A stretch of DNA of 64,000 bases from NCBI GenBank assembly GCA_965112155.1, contig OZ218106.1. One strand, written 5' to 3'. The translations under genes were made by a program, and so were the position numbers. Under the pieces are notes generated by a model. That model saw only the letters and a program-made list of their open reading frames with translations, was not told where the DNA came from and made no database searches. Shown piece by piece: positions 62,946-64,000 of the stretch. The DNA is from Podarcis liolepis (lineage: Eukaryota). Each line of letters begins with the position of its first letter. The first letter of the stretch is position 1.

Positions 62946-64000
62946 CTTTTCCTGGCTCCTGGTGTTACATGTTAGCCAAGAAGGACTAAACATAAAGCAC
63001 AACAAAAGTAATAATATCCTGTAAATTCTTCCATGGATTTCCTTTCTCTTATCCCAGCATTTCTAAAAGTGTGACATTATTTGGAGCATGCCTTTCAAGC
63101 AGAGTTCGATCATCTTGTGAGATTTCTGTGCAGAGTGGAGGGAAAGGGAACGAACAATGAAAAATATCGCTGATATTGTATTATCAAAGTGCTTTCTGTG
63201 AAATTGTCTCAGTCAGACTAATGCATTTCTAAAGGATGAAAGCGTCATGCATCAAGATCTTTTAAAAGAAAAAAGAAGAAACAGTTTAATTATTAAAGCA
63301 GTGCTATCAAGCGGACTGTCTATAGGGAATTTTTAATTTTGTGCTTTTTCGTCAGTGATAAAGGGACATGATATAAAATATAAATGCTTTTTTTCCTTTT
63401 TGAAAGACCCTCACATATATTTCTTCTTGTCTTGTTTTCTCACAGTGGCGTGTGTTATGTGGGAGCAGGGTGAGCAAATAATTCAGAAAGGAAAAGGCAA
63501 ATAGCTTCCTTTGATATTCCACTGAAACAGTGCCAACCATGTTGTTCAAGGGATCTCTTCTGAGTGTTCTTATAGGAAACAGAATGCATGCTCATTAAGC
63601 CAGGAGAAGTCAGAAACAATTATGAGACAAATTTGAGATGCACTACCCAATGCTTACTGTCTCTGTAGTCATTATGTTCAATTGCCAAGAAAAGTTGCCT
63701 TTGGAATGGCTAGAACAAAGCTGGGGGGTTACAAAAGAGCCTGTGGAACGACACTATTGAAGCTGATCAGAGCCCAAGCAATTATGTTCCCTATGTTACA
63801 AAACTTCATAATAAACTGCTGGGACCAGATATCTGAATTGCAGAATAATTTGATTCAGAAGGTGCCTCCAAAATCATCTCGTCCACCTCCTTGCCAATGG
63901 AGAAAATATTCTACATTGAATCACAGACTGCTGACCACCATTTCCTGTAGACTTAAAGATATGTGCATTTGTGTCATGGCATCATTCATATGTTGCTGGG

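Noticed and set aside
1-64000. CRISPR arrays, rRNA or true tRNA genes
   Set aside because: No regularly spaced repeat-spacer array. The tRNA-like boxes all belong to SINE heads.

Overview
Eukaryotic, repeat-rich and gene-poor DNA. The SINE set (Sauria/Squam1, Squam2-like, Squam3) plus CR1, L2, L1 and Penelope repeats points to a squamate, probably a lacertid lizard (inference). No named host protein-coding gene could be recognised, and most listed ORFs are noise or lie inside repeats. Best-supported features: (1) a 3.08-kb Ty1/copia-type LTR element (53001-56084, minus) with two apparently identical 394-bp LTRs, a 5-bp TSD and decayed gag/pol lacking RT; (2) a 1.41-kb GC-rich non-autonomous hAT element (26135-27545) with a large internal fold-back; (3) a young 5'-truncated L1 (33011-34189) whose 5' junction carries DNA copied from about 500 bp upstream; (4) a 200-bp Penelope insertion (36888-37087) holding a minimal hammerhead-ribozyme motif; (5) six Tc1/mariner-type MITEs and many SINE/LINE fragments. 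More tentative: a set of minus-strand splice-competent exons (including a 12-nt microexon), a TATA-like promoter near 48.7 kb and a possible first coding exon at the left edge, plus diverged local duplications at 32-37.5 kb that may be remains of an unidentified tandem gene module. There is an assembly gap at 43726-43858. All alignments were done by eye and no searches were run.
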